Below, piece after piece: positions 45,468-57,400 of a DNA stretch of 64,000 nucleotides (positions are counted from its first letter, which is position 1; each line of letters begins with the position of its first letter). Origin of the DNA: Candidatus Marinacidobacterales bacterium (GTDB lineage Bacteria; Acidobacteriota; Vicinamibacteria; Marinacidobacterales; DATDRI01). The notes beneath the pieces were generated by a model, which was not told the origin of the DNA, ran no database searches, and saw only the letters and a program-made list of their open reading frames with translations. A program made the translations under genes and the position numbers. The stretch spans positions 1,952,001 through 2,016,000 of the forward strand of contig CBDCNP010000002.1 in NCBI GenBank assembly GCA_965219415.1, in the 5' to 3' direction.

Positions 45468-46646
45468 ATGCCCACAACACCCTTGGCTCATCCGTTGTCG
45501 GAGGCCGACAGCTTGGAATTGAGAGAAACCATTCGTGCCAAGGGTCGAGCCCTGGGTTTCGACAAGATCGGATTTGCTCCCGCCAAATTACCTGAGCAAG
45601 AACCGCGGCTCGCGGAATGGCTCGAGCGTGGCTACCACGGCGAGATGCGGTGGATGATGCGCGACCCGGCACGACGCACCGACGCCAGCCAAAGCCTCTC
45701 GGAGACGGTGACCCTGGTTTGCTGTGCCCTGAATTACTACCAAGGAGAGCGTCCGCCTCCGTCTTCATTAGAAGGCGTCGTCTCAACCTACGCGCACGGA
45801 GAAGACTACCACGACGTGCTCGAGGCGAAGCTACGGACTCTCGCCGATTTCGTTTCCGAGACATTCAATTTGCCGACCAAAACCTACGTCGACACCGGCC
45901 CCTTACTGGAAAAGGGCTATGCGGTAGCCGCCGGGTTGGGGTGGCTCGGTAAGCACTCCAACTTGATCTCGCGCCAGGGAAGCTCTTGGTTCTTCCTCGG
46001 GGAGATACTCCTTCCCATTGCGTTACCAAGCGACCTTTCGGAAAAAGACCATTGTGGCTCCTGCACTCGCTGCATCACCGCTTGTCCCACTGATGCGATC
46101 GTCGAGCCCTACGTGGTGGACAGCAATCTCTGCATCTCCTACTTGACGATCGAGCTTCGCGGATTCGTTCCTCGCAAGCTTCGGGCTCTCATCGGAAACC
46201 GCATCTACGGCTGCGACGATTGCCAGGATGTTTGCCCTTGGAATCGCTTCGCCGTCAAGAGCGACGAAGCCGCGTTTTTCCCGAGGGAACCTCTCGCCTC
46301 CATGGATCTCATCGCCATGTTGCGAATGACCCGCGACCAGTACCTAGCTGCTACCAAGAGTAGTGCCATACGCCGAGCCCGCTACCCGGGTCTACTCCGC
46401 AACGTGGCCATCGCTCTCGGCAACTCTGGGGATCCTCGAGCCTTACCCGGCCTGGTGGAAGCGCTCGAACACTCCGAAGCCCTGGTGCGTGGCCATGCCG
46501 CGTGGGCGTTAGGAGAACTCGGTCGACCCGACGCGCTGACGCCGCTTCGACTTCGCTTGGAACGGGAGGACCAGGAAGAAGTTCGGGAAGAGATCCGCTG
46601 CGCGATTTCCGAGCTGGGGGAATCTAGCGGGGTCGTGCCTGGATAA
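45468..46646 (+). CDS. queG: Epoxyqueuosine reductase
   Basis: GYHGEM.W, DYH, VDTGP, CGSCTRCITACPT, GCDDCQDVCPWN, HEAT-like tail. Confidence 0.95.
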   Translation: MPTTPLAHPLSEADSLELRETIRAKGRALGFDKIGFAPAKLPEQEPRLAEWLERGYHGEMRWMMRDPARRTDASQSLSETVTLVCCALNYYQGERPPPSSLEGVVSTYAHGEDYHDVLEAKLRTLADFVSETFNLPTKTYVDTGPLLEKGYAVAAGLGWLGKHSNLISRQGSSWFFLGEILLPIALPSDLSEKDHCGSCTRCITACPTDAIVEPYVVDSNLCISYLTIELRGFVPRKLRALIGNRIYGCDDCQDVCPWNRFAVKSDEAAFFPREPLASMDLIAMLRMTRDQYLAATKSSAIRRARYPGLLRNVAIALGNSGDPRALPGLVEALEHSEALVRGHAAWALGELGRPDALTPLRLRLEREDQEEVREEIRCAISELGESSGVVPG

Positions 46647-48138
46647 CGATCGGGTGATAGGGACTGCCTGTCTCCCCCCCATTGCTACCGTTGCGCCCTC
46701 TCTCCGTCGGTCCATCTGCTCCCCTGAAGACGCGATTATCGTAGGTGCGGATCGCCAATGGTTCGGCGCGGGTGTCGTGGGAGCCATACGTTACGGGCGT
46801 GATCTCCATTCGATCGTCTTCGACCTGGACGAGAAGGAAGTGAGGCTGGTCCTCAGCATTGGTCGCCTCCATTTTTTCGCGGCGAAGTAACTCCAGCGAG
46901 CCCTTCTTGCGTCCCCCCTCACTCTTTCCGCCCGCGCCAGTCACAACGTAACGAGTCGTTCTCCAGAAACCTTCGGATTCTTGACGCGTCAGTTGGAAGT
47001 TGTGCACGTGTCCGCTGAAGGCGACTCGCACCCCTCCGGATGCGAGCAACGGCACGAGTTCCCTCTCGATCTCCATCAAGTTACGGTCCTTCGCCCGAGG
47101 ACCGTAGTGACCAGGCCCTGCATTGAAGGGTGGATGATGGAAATAAGCAATCTTCCAAAGGACATCTCTCGTTCGTGCCAGCTCCGACTCGAGCCAGAGC
47201 CGTTGCTCCGAGATCCCTTCCCCACCGTAAAGGGGCTGCCAAGTGATGCTGCCTCCGGTCTCTCGGTTTCTCGTCGTATCTAGGCTCAGCAACTCGACGT
47301 CTTTGCCATAGCGCACGGCATAGAAGCGGTCCGCGACCTTTTTCACTATCGGGACAATTTTTTTCTTCCGGAAGCGATCCTTCCAGACGGCGCACCGTCG
47401 CGTTTCTTGCGTCGATTCGCTCTCACTCCCGTCGTGATTCCCTGGGGAGGGGAAGAAAGGAATCCGGCTCACCAGTGTTTGGTAGGGAACGAAGAACTTC
47501 TTGTAAAACTGCTCGTCGTCACTACCGGTAGAGACGAAGAGGAAGAAATCGTAAAAGTTATCCCCCGTCGTCAGGATGAAGCGGACCGGACTCGAGGTAC
47601 GCTGACGTTCGTCCACCACCCGGCGCATAGTCTCCGCCAAACGAAACTGCTTCTTGCTCCCGGTACCGAAATCCCCGAGAACCAGGAACGATAGCGCGCC
47701 CGAGTCCACGTCAGGCCCGGGGAAGCTTCGGAAATGGAGAAGCCCCTCTCGACGATAGACGGCATCTCCCCAAGGCCTCCCGTTAACCCCAAGCTCGTAT
47801 CGATAGTCCGTCGAAGGCTCGGGCAACGGCACTTCGATCCAATTTCGTTCGCTGGCAAGGAAAGGGGAACCAGGGATCGGCTCGCCGCTTTGAAGATAAG
47901 AAACTTCGAGCTCCGCAGGTCCAAGAATAGGCGACGACTCGCCGATCGTATTTCGTGACTTCCCGCGAGGTCCCCCCCAAGCAACCACCACGCTCTCGTG
48001 AGTCAACCTCTGGAGATAAATAAACTCCTGGGCATTCTCCTCTCGGGACGCGGAGCCTAGGGTCACGACCACAATCGAGGCGATCGGAACCAACAAGAAC
48101 AACGCGAACCGGAAGGGATTCTTCACCAAGGTGAGCAC
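46624..48138 (-). CDS. Secreted metallophosphoesterase (purple acid phosphatase-like)
   Basis: GDFG, GDNFY, GNHD, HHP, GHVH motifs. Confidence 0.88.
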   Translation of the reverse strand: MLTLVKNPFRFALFLLVPIASIVVVTLGSASREENAQEFIYLQRLTHESVVVAWGGPRGKSRNTIGESSPILGPAELEVSYLQSGEPIPGSPFLASERNWIEVPLPEPSTDYRYELGVNGRPWGDAVYRREGLLHFRSFPGPDVDSGALSFLVLGDFGTGSKKQFRLAETMRRVVDERQRTSSPVRFILTTGDNFYDFFLFVSTGSDDEQFYKKFFVPYQTLVSRIPFFPSPGNHDGSESESTQETRRCAVWKDRFRKKKIVPIVKKVADRFYAVRYGKDVELLSLDTTRNRETGGSITWQPLYGGEGISEQRLWLESELARTRDVLWKIAYFHHPPFNAGPGHYGPRAKDRNLMEIERELVPLLASGGVRVAFSGHVHNFQLTRQESEGFWRTTRYVVTGAGGKSEGGRKKGSLELLRREKMEATNAEDQPHFLLVQVEDDRMEITPVTYGSHDTRAEPLAIRTYDNRVFRGADGPTERGRNGSNGGETGSPYHPIVIQARPR

Positions 48139-48169
48139 GCTCGGCGCAAAAGGACTGCTGTTTCGGGAG

Positions 48170-48595
48170 CTACTCGTTGAGAGGTTGCACCCCGACCTCG
48201 CCGAGCCACTCTAGAATCCTGCGCTCGACGACCTGCTCTTTGAACCGGCTCCACTTCTCACGTGTTTCCGGCAGGTTGTCCAGAGTGTCGTTGAATCGGG
48301 CTCGAGCCTCCTGCTCCTTAAGCGACGAGCTGAGGAGTTTCCGGTCCCGATCTGCTAGAGTGCCGACGAATTGACGGATTTCGCGAAACGGTACGAGGCG
48401 ACGGGAAAGGGGGATGGTTACGTACCGTTCTTCGGCAGTTAGCCTTTGCTCGTCTTCTTGCTCTTCCTCGTTCTCGAGATACGTAGAAAAGAAGTGGACC
48501 TCTCCCGTATCTCGATCGAGATAGTAGCGGTGCTCCCGGGAATCATCCTCGAAAGCGTCCGCCAACTCCAACCAGTCGACTCTCAGCTGCTTCAT
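48170..48595 (-). CDS. UPF0158 family protein
   Basis: L..AFE, YYLDRDTGEV, W..F. Confidence 0.8.
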   Translation of the reverse strand: MKQLRVDWLELADAFEDDSREHRYYLDRDTGEVHFFSTYLENEEEQEDEQRLTAEERYVTIPLSRRLVPFREIRQFVGTLADRDRKLLSSSLKEQEARARFNDTLDNLPETREKWSRFKEQVVERRILEWLGEVGVQPLNE

Positions 48596-48678
48596 ATTCG
48601 GCTCTCTCCCGATTTTCGCCCAAAGCGCGCCTTCAATCAAGGCCGGCTTCGCGAAATGACGGGAAACAGCAGGCCCCC

Positions 48679-49762
48679 TCATTGCACATAGTCCATGGTA
48701 CTGATATCCCAATAGTTACGGAACGATCCTGAATCGTACAAAGTTAGAAACCGAGGGATGCGCTGCAGAACCACCGTGCTTCGGTGACCCGGCATGGCGG
48801 CGGGGTGGTTGAGACCGTAATCGAAGTAGGCTCGAATGAACAAACTGTTTGTCGTCAGCGGGAGAGAACGCACGTTTTCGACGTATTGTCGAAACCCACC
48901 CGCGCGAAGAAGGTAAAACTCGACGTTCGAGACATAGAATGCGGAAACTGTCTCCCCTTGTTCCCTCAGAAAGTCTCCGACCGCGCGGAGAGCGTGGCCT
49001 CCCGCGAAGTCTCCGACTACCGGAATCAAGCGGCCGCCCATCGCAAGCTCCCTCACATAGCGATAGTCCTCGGGTGAGCCCAGGAAATTGCCCTGCTGCC
49101 CGGTCGGTCCCTCCGCCACCAGCAACGCTCGGTAGTCGGGATGGTAGGGCATGGGGGGGCGCCCGAAGGTACGGAACCGGATGCCGAGTTGTTCGTCGAA
49201 GAGCGACCGATAGACGAAGCGGATGTGATCCCGATCTCGCTTGGAGAGCGGCACCTTGAGCCGTTCGATATGCTCGAGAATGAGCAGCAAATTTTCTTCG
49301 TATAGCTGCTCGCTGGGTAGGCTCGACTCGAACGCGGCGACGACCCGGCCAAGGCTGGCCGTCCCGACCGGCTCGTTTTCGATGGCACGGGAAAATAACC
49401 AACACAGTATTGGTAGGGGGTTTCCGCCTGGGACAAGACCGCATTCAACAGAAGATGCTGAAGCATGTTCTGCCTCCGAACATCCACGATAAAAGCCCAC
49501 CGCGGTCGCACCCGCCCGATATACGAGTTCTGTTCCGGTCCCACACCAACGTAGCCCCCCCAACCGGCCGCAGCTGCTCCACCACCTGCATGTAGGAGGT
49601 CTCGTTGGAAATGATGTTGTCGGTATCGAAGAACCCCCCCGGCTCAGACAACGATTGGATGAGCGACGAGAGGTCCGGAACTGACTCCTTTTCGGCCGGT
49701 CGGCTGCACGCCGAGACGAGCGTCAAGAGAACGCCGAGGAGTTTCAGGAACCGGTGATTCAT
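48679..49762 (-). CDS. Hypothetical lipoprotein (frameshifts near 49450-49560)
   Basis: Lipobox LVSAC, LSEPGGFFDTDN.ISNE.SY, GPEQN, PVVGDFAG, FYVSNVEFYL. Confidence 0.75.
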
Positions 49763-49899
49763 CTTTCCAGATCTTGACACAAATAGAGTTGGCGGGTCGC
49801 CTATTTAGCCCTTAGGTAAGTATGGCCCCGCGTAAGGCGGCTTTCAGATCATGCTGGCCGCCAAACCGTCGAGGTGCCGCTATCAACGAAGCCAGGCGG

Positions 49900-52800
49900 C
49901 TAGCGGCCGCGCTCGAATACCGAGTAGACCACTGGGATGATGAGAAGGGTCAGCGCCGTAGAAGTCAGGAGGCCACCGACTACGGTAAGGGCCATCGGCG
50001 AGCGAAGCTCGCTGCCTTCTCCCAGGCCGAGTGCCATCGGGAAAAGCCCGAGGACCGTCGTCGAAGTCGTCATCAAAATGGGCCGCAGCCGCGCTTGTCC
50101 GGCGTTTCGGAGTGCCTCAAGCTTCGACTGCCCCTTCCGCCGCAAACGGTTGGTGTAGTCCACCAAGATGATAGCGTTGTTCACGACGATGCCGGCTAGA
50201 AGGATGACGCCGATGAGCACCACGATGCTGACGGTAACCCGGAAAAGATAGAGCGTCACCAGCACCCCCACAAGGGAAAAAGGCACGCTGAACAAAATGA
50301 CGAACGGATGCAGGAGCGATTCGAACTGAGACGCCATAACCAGGTAAACCATGAAGACCGCCAACAAAATGGCAAAACGCATGCTCTCGAACGACGTCTC
50401 CATTTCCTGCTGCTGCCCACCCATGCGCCAGTCGAACCCCGCCGGGAATGTCATCTCGTTGAGCGCTTGCAGAATTTCTTCCGAAGCCGAGCCCAGGTCT
50501 CGCTCCACGAGATTGGCAGTGATCAGCGCTACCCGATCGCCGTCGCCTCGGCGAATCTCCGCCGGCCCTTCGGCCTCGACGACTTCCGCGACCGCGGACA
50601 AAGGGATCGCGGTAGAGCCTGCGTGGGCAATGTTCAAGTTGGACAAATCGACCGTGCTGTCCCGGAATCGTTCCTCCGAACGAAGACGGATGTCGATGGT
50701 TCGGTCTTCGCGGTTGATGTCCGTGGCAACGACCCCTAACACCTTGGCCCGCACGGTGGCCGCGACGTCATTCACGTTGTAACCAAGCGAAGCAAGCCGG
50801 TCTCGGTTGAACCGGATTTGAAGCTCCGGGTTACCCCCTTCGGTTGACGACTTGACGTCCACCACGCCAGGCATGGTGCGCAAGCGCTTCATCAACTGGT
50901 CGGCCAAGCGCCCCAGCAACTTCAGGTTGTAGCCGCGGATCTCGACCTCGATGGGAGTCTTGAAGCTGAAGTAGGTCGGACGACCAAACCGATAGAGCAT
51001 TTCCCCGTCCCGCTCCAATGCAGGACGGAGCGACTCCATCAGTTCGTCCTCCCTTTCTAGAGTCGGCACGCCATCGATGGTGAGCGTAAGCTGCCCGATG
51101 TTTTCCCTTCTCTCCCCCGCAACGCCGCCTTGTTCGTTCGAGGCGCCGACGATCGCATAGACCGTACGCACACCTTCCAACTCCTCCGCAACACCCTCCA
51201 GATTAGCCAGGCGCCGGGATGTGACATCGAGGTGAGTTCCCGGAGGAAGCTCTGTATTGACGAAGAACTCCCCTTGTATGAGCTCCGGAACAAGCTCTCG
51301 CCCCAACTGTCCCAACAAGAACAAGCTACCTGCAAAGAGCACCGATGTGATCAAGATCGTTGCAGCGCGGCGCCGCAGAACCGCATCGAGAACCCGAGGG
51401 TAGTTGAGAGTCACGAACCCAAAGGCCTTATCGAACCCTTTGGATGGGAGAAAAAGGACTCCATGAATCACCGCACTCACGCTCCGGCCCAAGAACTTGA
51501 CGACCCGCACCAGGACCACTCCGATACGAAACAACTTGTCGCTCAGCCAGCGCTGAAACGAAGAGACTTCGTGCTGAGACGCATCGTCCGAGACGCTTTG
51601 GTTCCATTCCCGCGAGGCCAACATGGGGATGAGCGTTAAGGCCACGAAAAGCGAGACCCCGAGTGAGAACGCCACCGTGAGCGCTTGGTCGCCAAAGAGT
51701 TGTCCTGCCACGCCCTCTACGAAGACGATGGGCACGAACACGCAAATCGTGGTGAGGGTACTGGCGACCACCGCCTGGCCCACCTCGCCGGCTCCGACCC
51801 GAGCCGCCTCCACGACATCGAGGCCTTCTTCCCGCTTCCGTTGAATCGATTCCAGGACAACGATGGAATTGTCCACCAGGAGACCGATACCCAGGGTAAG
51901 TCCTCCGAGGGACATGATGTTCAGCGATATGCCCGTGACGTACATCAAGAAAAACGTCGCCACCACCGAGATGGGTATCGAAACTCCGATGATGACGGTA
52001 GATTGGATGTTCCGAAGGAAAAGGAGGAGGATCAGAATGGCAAGGCACCCTCCGATAACGGCGGTCTGCATCACCTCTCGGATCGACTGACGGATGTATC
52101 GAGCCTGATCGGTGATGACGGTGAATTGGAGATTCGGATCGAGCTGTGCCAGCTTCTGCCGGACTTCCTCGAACCGCTCGGTGACGTCGTTCACAACGGT
52201 AACGGAATTCGTCCCACCTTCCTTGTAGACGCCGACCTCCACGCTCTCCTGGCCGTTGATTCGAGTAATGACCTCTCGTTCTTTGTGTCCTTGGTAAATG
52301 AGAGCGATGTCTTCCAATCGCACGACCGCCCCGCCGGAGTTGTCCACGATAATTTGTCTCATGTCCGACGGACGCTCGAACTCATTGACGGTGCGGACGA
52401 GATACTCGGTCTGGCCATCCTCCAAACGTCCGCCGGTTAGGTTGACGTTCTCTTGGGCCAACCGTGTAATCACCTCATTGACGCTCAACCCTAGCCCGGC
52501 AACACGGCGCTCGTTGATCTCTACATGGATCTCTTCTTCGAGACCGCCGTTGACCAAGACCGCGGCCACCCCCTCCACACGCTCGAGTAGGCGTTTCACA
52601 TCCTGCTCGGCGACGAGGCGCACCCGGATCAAGTCGTCGTCACCATAGAGACCGATGCGCATCACCGGATCAAGAGAAGGATCGTATCGAAGCAATATCG
52701 GCCGACCGGCATCGTCCGGCAGTTCCACCACATCCAACCGTTCACGGACGTCGAGGGCGGCAAGATCCATGTTGGTGTCCCAGCCGAACTCTAAAGTGAT

Positions 52801-53070
52801 CTCGCTGACGTTCATCCGCGAACTGGAGGCGACCTTCACCACGTTGTTGACCACGCCCACCGCATTTTCGAGAGGCTTGGTGATCAACGCCTCGACCTCG
52901 GTCGGCGCAACCCCCTCGTACTCGGTCCGTACCGTCAGGGACGGGTAAGTGATCTCCGGGAGGAGATCTACGGCTAGATCGTCGAAGGCCACCAACCCGA
53001 AAACCACCGCGGCAGCCGAAAAGACGAATACCGTGACGGGCCGGCGGATGGAGAAGTCGATAATTCTCAT
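49900..53070 (-). CDS. RND efflux permease (AcrB family)
   Basis: 1056 aa; IRRPV, GLLVDNSIVV, GIVVNNAI, RLRPILMT. Confidence 0.95.
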   Translation of the reverse strand: MRIIDFSIRRPVTVFVFSAAAVVFGLVAFDDLAVDLLPEITYPSLTVRTEYEGVAPTEVEALITKPLENAVGVVNNVVKVASSSRMNVSEITLEFGWDTNMDLAALDVRERLDVVELPDDAGRPILLRYDPSLDPVMRIGLYGDDDLIRVRLVAEQDVKRLLERVEGVAAVLVNGGLEEEIHVEINERRVAGLGLSVNEVITRLAQENVNLTGGRLEDGQTEYLVRTVNEFERPSDMRQIIVDNSGGAVVRLEDIALIYQGHKEREVITRINGQESVEVGVYKEGGTNSVTVVNDVTERFEEVRQKLAQLDPNLQFTVITDQARYIRQSIREVMQTAVIGGCLAILILLLFLRNIQSTVIIGVSIPISVVATFFLMYVTGISLNIMSLGGLTLGIGLLVDNSIVVLESIQRKREEGLDVVEAARVGAGEVGQAVVASTLTTICVFVPIVFVEGVAGQLFGDQALTVAFSLGVSLFVALTLIPMLASREWNQSVSDDASQHEVSSFQRWLSDKLFRIGVVLVRVVKFLGRSVSAVIHGVLFLPSKGFDKAFGFVTLNYPRVLDAVLRRRAATILITSVLFAGSLFLLGQLGRELVPELIQGEFFVNTELPPGTHLDVTSRRLANLEGVAEELEGVRTVYAIVGASNEQGGVAGERRENIGQLTLTIDGVPTLEREDELMESLRPALERDGEMLYRFGRPTYFSFKTPIEVEIRGYNLKLLGRLADQLMKRLRTMPGVVDVKSSTEGGNPELQIRFNRDRLASLGYNVNDVAATVRAKVLGVVATDINREDRTIDIRLRSEERFRDSTVDLSNLNIAHAGSTAIPLSAVAEVVEAEGPAEIRRGDGDRVALITANLVERDLGSASEEILQALNEMTFPAGFDWRMGGQQQEMETSFESMRFAILLAVFMVYLVMASQFESLLHPFVILFSVPFSLVGVLVTLYLFRVTVSIVVLIGVILLAGIVVNNAIILVDYTNRLRRKGQSKLEALRNAGQARLRPILMTTSTTVLGLFPMALGLGEGSELRSPMALTVVGGLLTSTALTLLIIPVVYSVFERGR

Positions 53071-53089
53071 GCGGGGTAAGAGAAGAGGA

Positions 53090-54448
53090 CTAGGGTTGTG
53101 GTTTTCCGAGGCGTCTACTCAACGCCTTTTCGATCTGTTCGTCGCTCATACCGCGTTGACGCATGCGCTCTTTTGTTTGCTGCAACTGCTTCGGAGTCAT
53201 CTTGGAGGGGTCCATTCTCCCGGTACGCTGGCCGGGGCCGCGGAATTCCGAGTCTCCCCCGGGACGACTGGAACTACCACCTTGGGCGACAGCTTGTCCC
53301 GCGCCAGGCGGCCGGGGAGAGACCTCCGCTAGGGGTTCCGCTCCCGGCCCCTTGAGAACGAAAATCGGAGTTCCGTCGCTCAAACCGTCTTGCCCAACGA
53401 CCACGACGCGGTCCTCTTCACTGAGTCCGGACAGGACTTCAACGAAGTCGGACTCTTCGAACCCGATCTCGATGTCCCGACGTTCCGCCAGCCCCGCGTT
53501 GACCACGTAGACGGTGTCACCGAGGCTCTCGAGGGATAGGGCCGACTTCGGAATGACGAGGGCGTCGGCGTGGGAGTCGCGAACCAAATAGACGCTGGCG
53601 AACATCCCGGGCGAAAGCTTTCCTCGCGCCTTGACCTGCAGCGTGACCTCGATGGTGCCGGTATCAGCATCCACTACCGGCCGAATTCGTAGCACACGCG
53701 CCGAGAACCGCTCTCCCCGCCAGGCCTCAACGGTGATGTACGCGGTTTGGGAGACCTTCAGATTCGAGAGCTCCTTCTCCGGAACTTGAATCGGGCAAAG
53801 AAGAGGGTCGAAGTCCGAGATCCGGAAAAGCCTTTGATTGGCGGTGACGTTCTCCGCGAACTTGATGTACCTCTCGATGATGATTCCCGCGAAGGGCGCC
53901 TCGATTTTCGAGTAGCCGAGCAGAATCTGACTCCCCTCGCGTTGAGCCTCCGCCGACTCGAGCTTGGTGAGTGCTTGGTCGTAGACCTCCCGGCTAATCA
54001 CGCTCTCCTCGAAGGAAGCCTTGGCGCGTTGGTGGGTGCGCTTCGCCTCCTCGACGGCGACTCGGGAAATGCCGACCTGTGCCTGCAACCCTTCGTCATC
54101 GATCCGTGCCAGAAGCTGCCCTTTCTCGACGACCATACCTTCCTCGACCAGGAGCTCCACCACGGGTCCCGCGGTCCGGGCTACGATGTCGACATCGTTC
54201 TCGGCTTCCAAGGTCCCGTTCGTCTCGATGAAGGAGGAAATGGATCGACGTTCGGGTCGAGCCACTTCGACCGGAACCCCGGCGTCGGTCTCCGGTGAAG
54301 GCTCGCGGTTACTTCCCCTTCCACCCCCCGGTCCGGAAGCCCCGTGCCCACCCCCTCCGTGCGGATTCTCAGATGGTTCGTCGCCTCCGCAGGCGAGAAG
54401 GCCCCACGCGATAGCGATCGCAGAAATGTACTTGCCGTGTCTCAGCAT
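53090..54448 (-). CDS. RND periplasmic adaptor (MFP) lipoprotein
   Basis: Lipobox LLAC, lipoyl-like halves, APFAG, L.PGMF. Confidence 0.93.
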   Translation of the reverse strand: MLRHGKYISAIAIAWGLLACGGDEPSENPHGGGGHGASGPGGGRGSNREPSPETDAGVPVEVARPERRSISSFIETNGTLEAENDVDIVARTAGPVVELLVEEGMVVEKGQLLARIDDEGLQAQVGISRVAVEEAKRTHQRAKASFEESVISREVYDQALTKLESAEAQREGSQILLGYSKIEAPFAGIIIERYIKFAENVTANQRLFRISDFDPLLCPIQVPEKELSNLKVSQTAYITVEAWRGERFSARVLRIRPVVDADTGTIEVTLQVKARGKLSPGMFASVYLVRDSHADALVIPKSALSLESLGDTVYVVNAGLAERRDIEIGFEESDFVEVLSGLSEEDRVVVVGQDGLSDGTPIFVLKGPGAEPLAEVSPRPPGAGQAVAQGGSSSRPGGDSEFRGPGQRTGRMDPSKMTPKQLQQTKERMRQRGMSDEQIEKALSRRLGKPQP

Positions 54449-54468
54449 TCCTTCTTAATGGTCCTTCC

Positions 54469-57400
54469 TTAGGTAGCCTGGATTACGCGCTTCCAATATA
54501 CGGCGAAATCATCGATCAGCGAATAAATGGTGGGGATAATCACCAGGGTCAAGAAAGTGGAAGTCGTCAAGCCTCCCAAGATGACCAGGCCCACCGGCGC
54601 CCAGTTGCCCGCCCAGCCCTCCGGACTCCCCAACCAGCTCGGAAAGATCACCGGGGCAACCATAGGAGTCAGGCCCAGAATCGTGGTCAACGCAGTCATC
54701 AGAATGGGGCGCAATCGGTGCCTGCCCCCGGTGATGATGGCCTCGTTGCGGCTCATCCCTTGCCAACGAAGATGATTGATGTGATCGATGAGTACGATCG
54801 CGTTGTTGACGACCACGCCCACGAGAATGATCAAACCGAGGTTGGTCATGTTATCGAGCGGCTGGTTCGTCAACTTCAAAATCACACCCACGCCAATGAA
54901 GCCGAAAGGAATCGAGAACATGATGGTGAGTGGCTGCACGAAACTTTCGAAGAGCGCGGCCATGATCAAATAGATCAAAAGCAGCGCGAAGATGATCCCG
55001 AACCGCGCGCTTCCCATATCCGATTGGGCCCATCGCTCCCACCTTCCGAAGGTCCAGCTGTACCCGGGCGGCAAATTGATCGAATCGGTGATGGCGCGCA
55101 CCTGTTCCATCATTCGGAAGGAGGTTCCCTGCGAAACCGTATTGGCGGTAACGGTTATCTTCGGGCGGCGGTCGACACGCTCGATCGTTCGCGGGCTTTC
55201 TTGGACTCGAAACTCGGCCAGCGCGCCGATGGGCAGCACTGCTTCTCCGGAGAAGATTGGTGTTTTCTTGAGTTGGTCTAGCGTCTCCCGATCCTCTTCC
55301 CGAAACTGCATCACCACATCGATTTCCCGATCATCGCTCTTCAATCGGGTTACCGGCCGAGACGACAGCGCGCTGTTGATGGTGAAGGCGACGGCGCGGG
55401 TGGATAGACCAGCCTGAAGTGCCCTCTCTCGATCCACCTCGACACGTATCTCGTCGTCGCCGCTCTCGAGCGAGGAATCGACATCTCGAACCCAGGGTAG
55501 CGCCTCCAATGCCGCGACGACTTTCTCCGAAAGAAGCTCGAGGACCGCCATGTCGTCACCCATGATCTCCATTGAGATGCCGAACCTGCCGCCGCCGTGA
55601 CCGGAGCTGCTGGCGATCTTGAAGGTCACTCCTGCCTTGACGGGCAAGACGGCCCGGATGCGCTCCCGGGCTTCGCGGGTGGTAAGCGCGGCCTCTTCCT
55701 CCCCGACCAGAAAGATGTCGAATTTCTTGGAACCTCCCCACCCCCCCCTCGACCGTCCACCACGCCTCGAGTACTCATAGACGATGTCCGAGATGTCCAA
55801 CTCTTCTCTCCGCTGATCCAGGATCTTGGCGACCTCCGCATAAAGCGCCTGAGTTTGCTCGAAAGCGTAGTGGCGTGGGGTATCGAGATAGATCGTTACC
55901 TGTCTTTCCATACTGCGGGGAGAAAAGCTTCGCTCGATGGTCCCGAACAAAGCCCAGGAACCATAGAGCATCGCGACAATACCAACGATGAAGAAGACTC
56001 GGTGCCGCAGCGAAAAGCCGATGATGTATCCGTACCCCCGGGTCAAAGACTCCACCAATTTCGACCCCCGGGGAGCCTCACCCCGAAGTAAAACCGCGGC
56101 CGCCATCGGCACAACGGTGAGGGCCACCAAGAGCGAGGACACCATCACCACCATAATGGTGGTTCCGACGTCGGTCATGAACCGCATGAAGCCGCCACCC
56201 AGAGAACCCAAAAAGATCAGTGGAACGAACACGCAGATGGTGGTCAAGGTGGACGCCATGATGGGCATGGCCACCTCACTGGTGCCCTGCAATGCCGCGG
56301 TACGGGCATCTTCCCCAAGCTCCTCGTGATGGCGGAAGATCGATTCGATGACTACGATGGAATTGTCGACCAGCATCCCGATCGCCAACATCAACCCCAT
56401 CAAGCTGATGATGTTGATGGTCACCTCGCTGACCTCGAGCTGGCGCAAGAAATAAAGGATGACGAACGTAAGTACGACGGAGAGAGGGATAGAGATAGCA
56501 ACCAGGAGCGTCGTCCTGAGTCGCCGGAGAAAAACGAAGATAAAAGTGATCGCCAACGCGCCACCTAGGATCCCGGCGTTGCGAAGCTGCCCTAACCCCT
56601 TTCGCACATCCACCGACGCGTCGCGGTAATAACGGACCGACAGCCCCGCCGCCCGTGGCATCGACTTGATCTCTTCCATCTCGGCCTTGACCCTATCCAC
56701 CACCTCCAGCAAATTGGCGGTCGACGCCTTGTAAACACGGGCGGCGAGAGCCTCTCCATCGTTCAGGAAGTTGTACTCATCCTGTCGCGGGTAGGTGTAT
56801 TCCACGTCGGCCACATCCCCCAGCCGAACTCCATTGACGGGTAGGCTGCGGACCTCTTTTGCGGTCTCGAACTCTCCCATCGAGCGCACCAAGAGCTTAC
56901 GCGAGCCTTCCTTGATGAAGCCTCCCGACAGGTTGTAGTTGTTGTTCCGCAGAACATCGGCCAAGTCCCGAACGTCCAAACCGTGTGCCCGCATGCGCGC
57001 CGGGTTGATGCGGACTTGAAGCTCTCTCTTTTTTAACCCGCGGATCTCGATCTGGGCTACGCCTTCGAGCCGTTCCAAGCGCCGCTGCAGCACGTTCTCG
57101 ACGAAGTCATAGAGCCGATCCTTGCCCCAGTCGGCGCTCAGATGAAAACGAAGGACCGGAATATCCGAGCTCTGGAAACGTCGGATCTCGACCCGCCTCA
57201 AGTCGTCGGGAAGCAAATTTCGGACGCGGTCGATTCGATCGCGAACCTCGACGGCCGCCAAGTCCATATCGGTGCCATCCAAGAAACTGATGCTCACACT
57301 ACCTTGATTGGCCGATGCGGTGGCGGTTAGCGTATCGATCCCGTTGACGGTGCCGAGAATATCCTCCAGCGATCTCACAATGAGCCGCTCCACCTCCTCG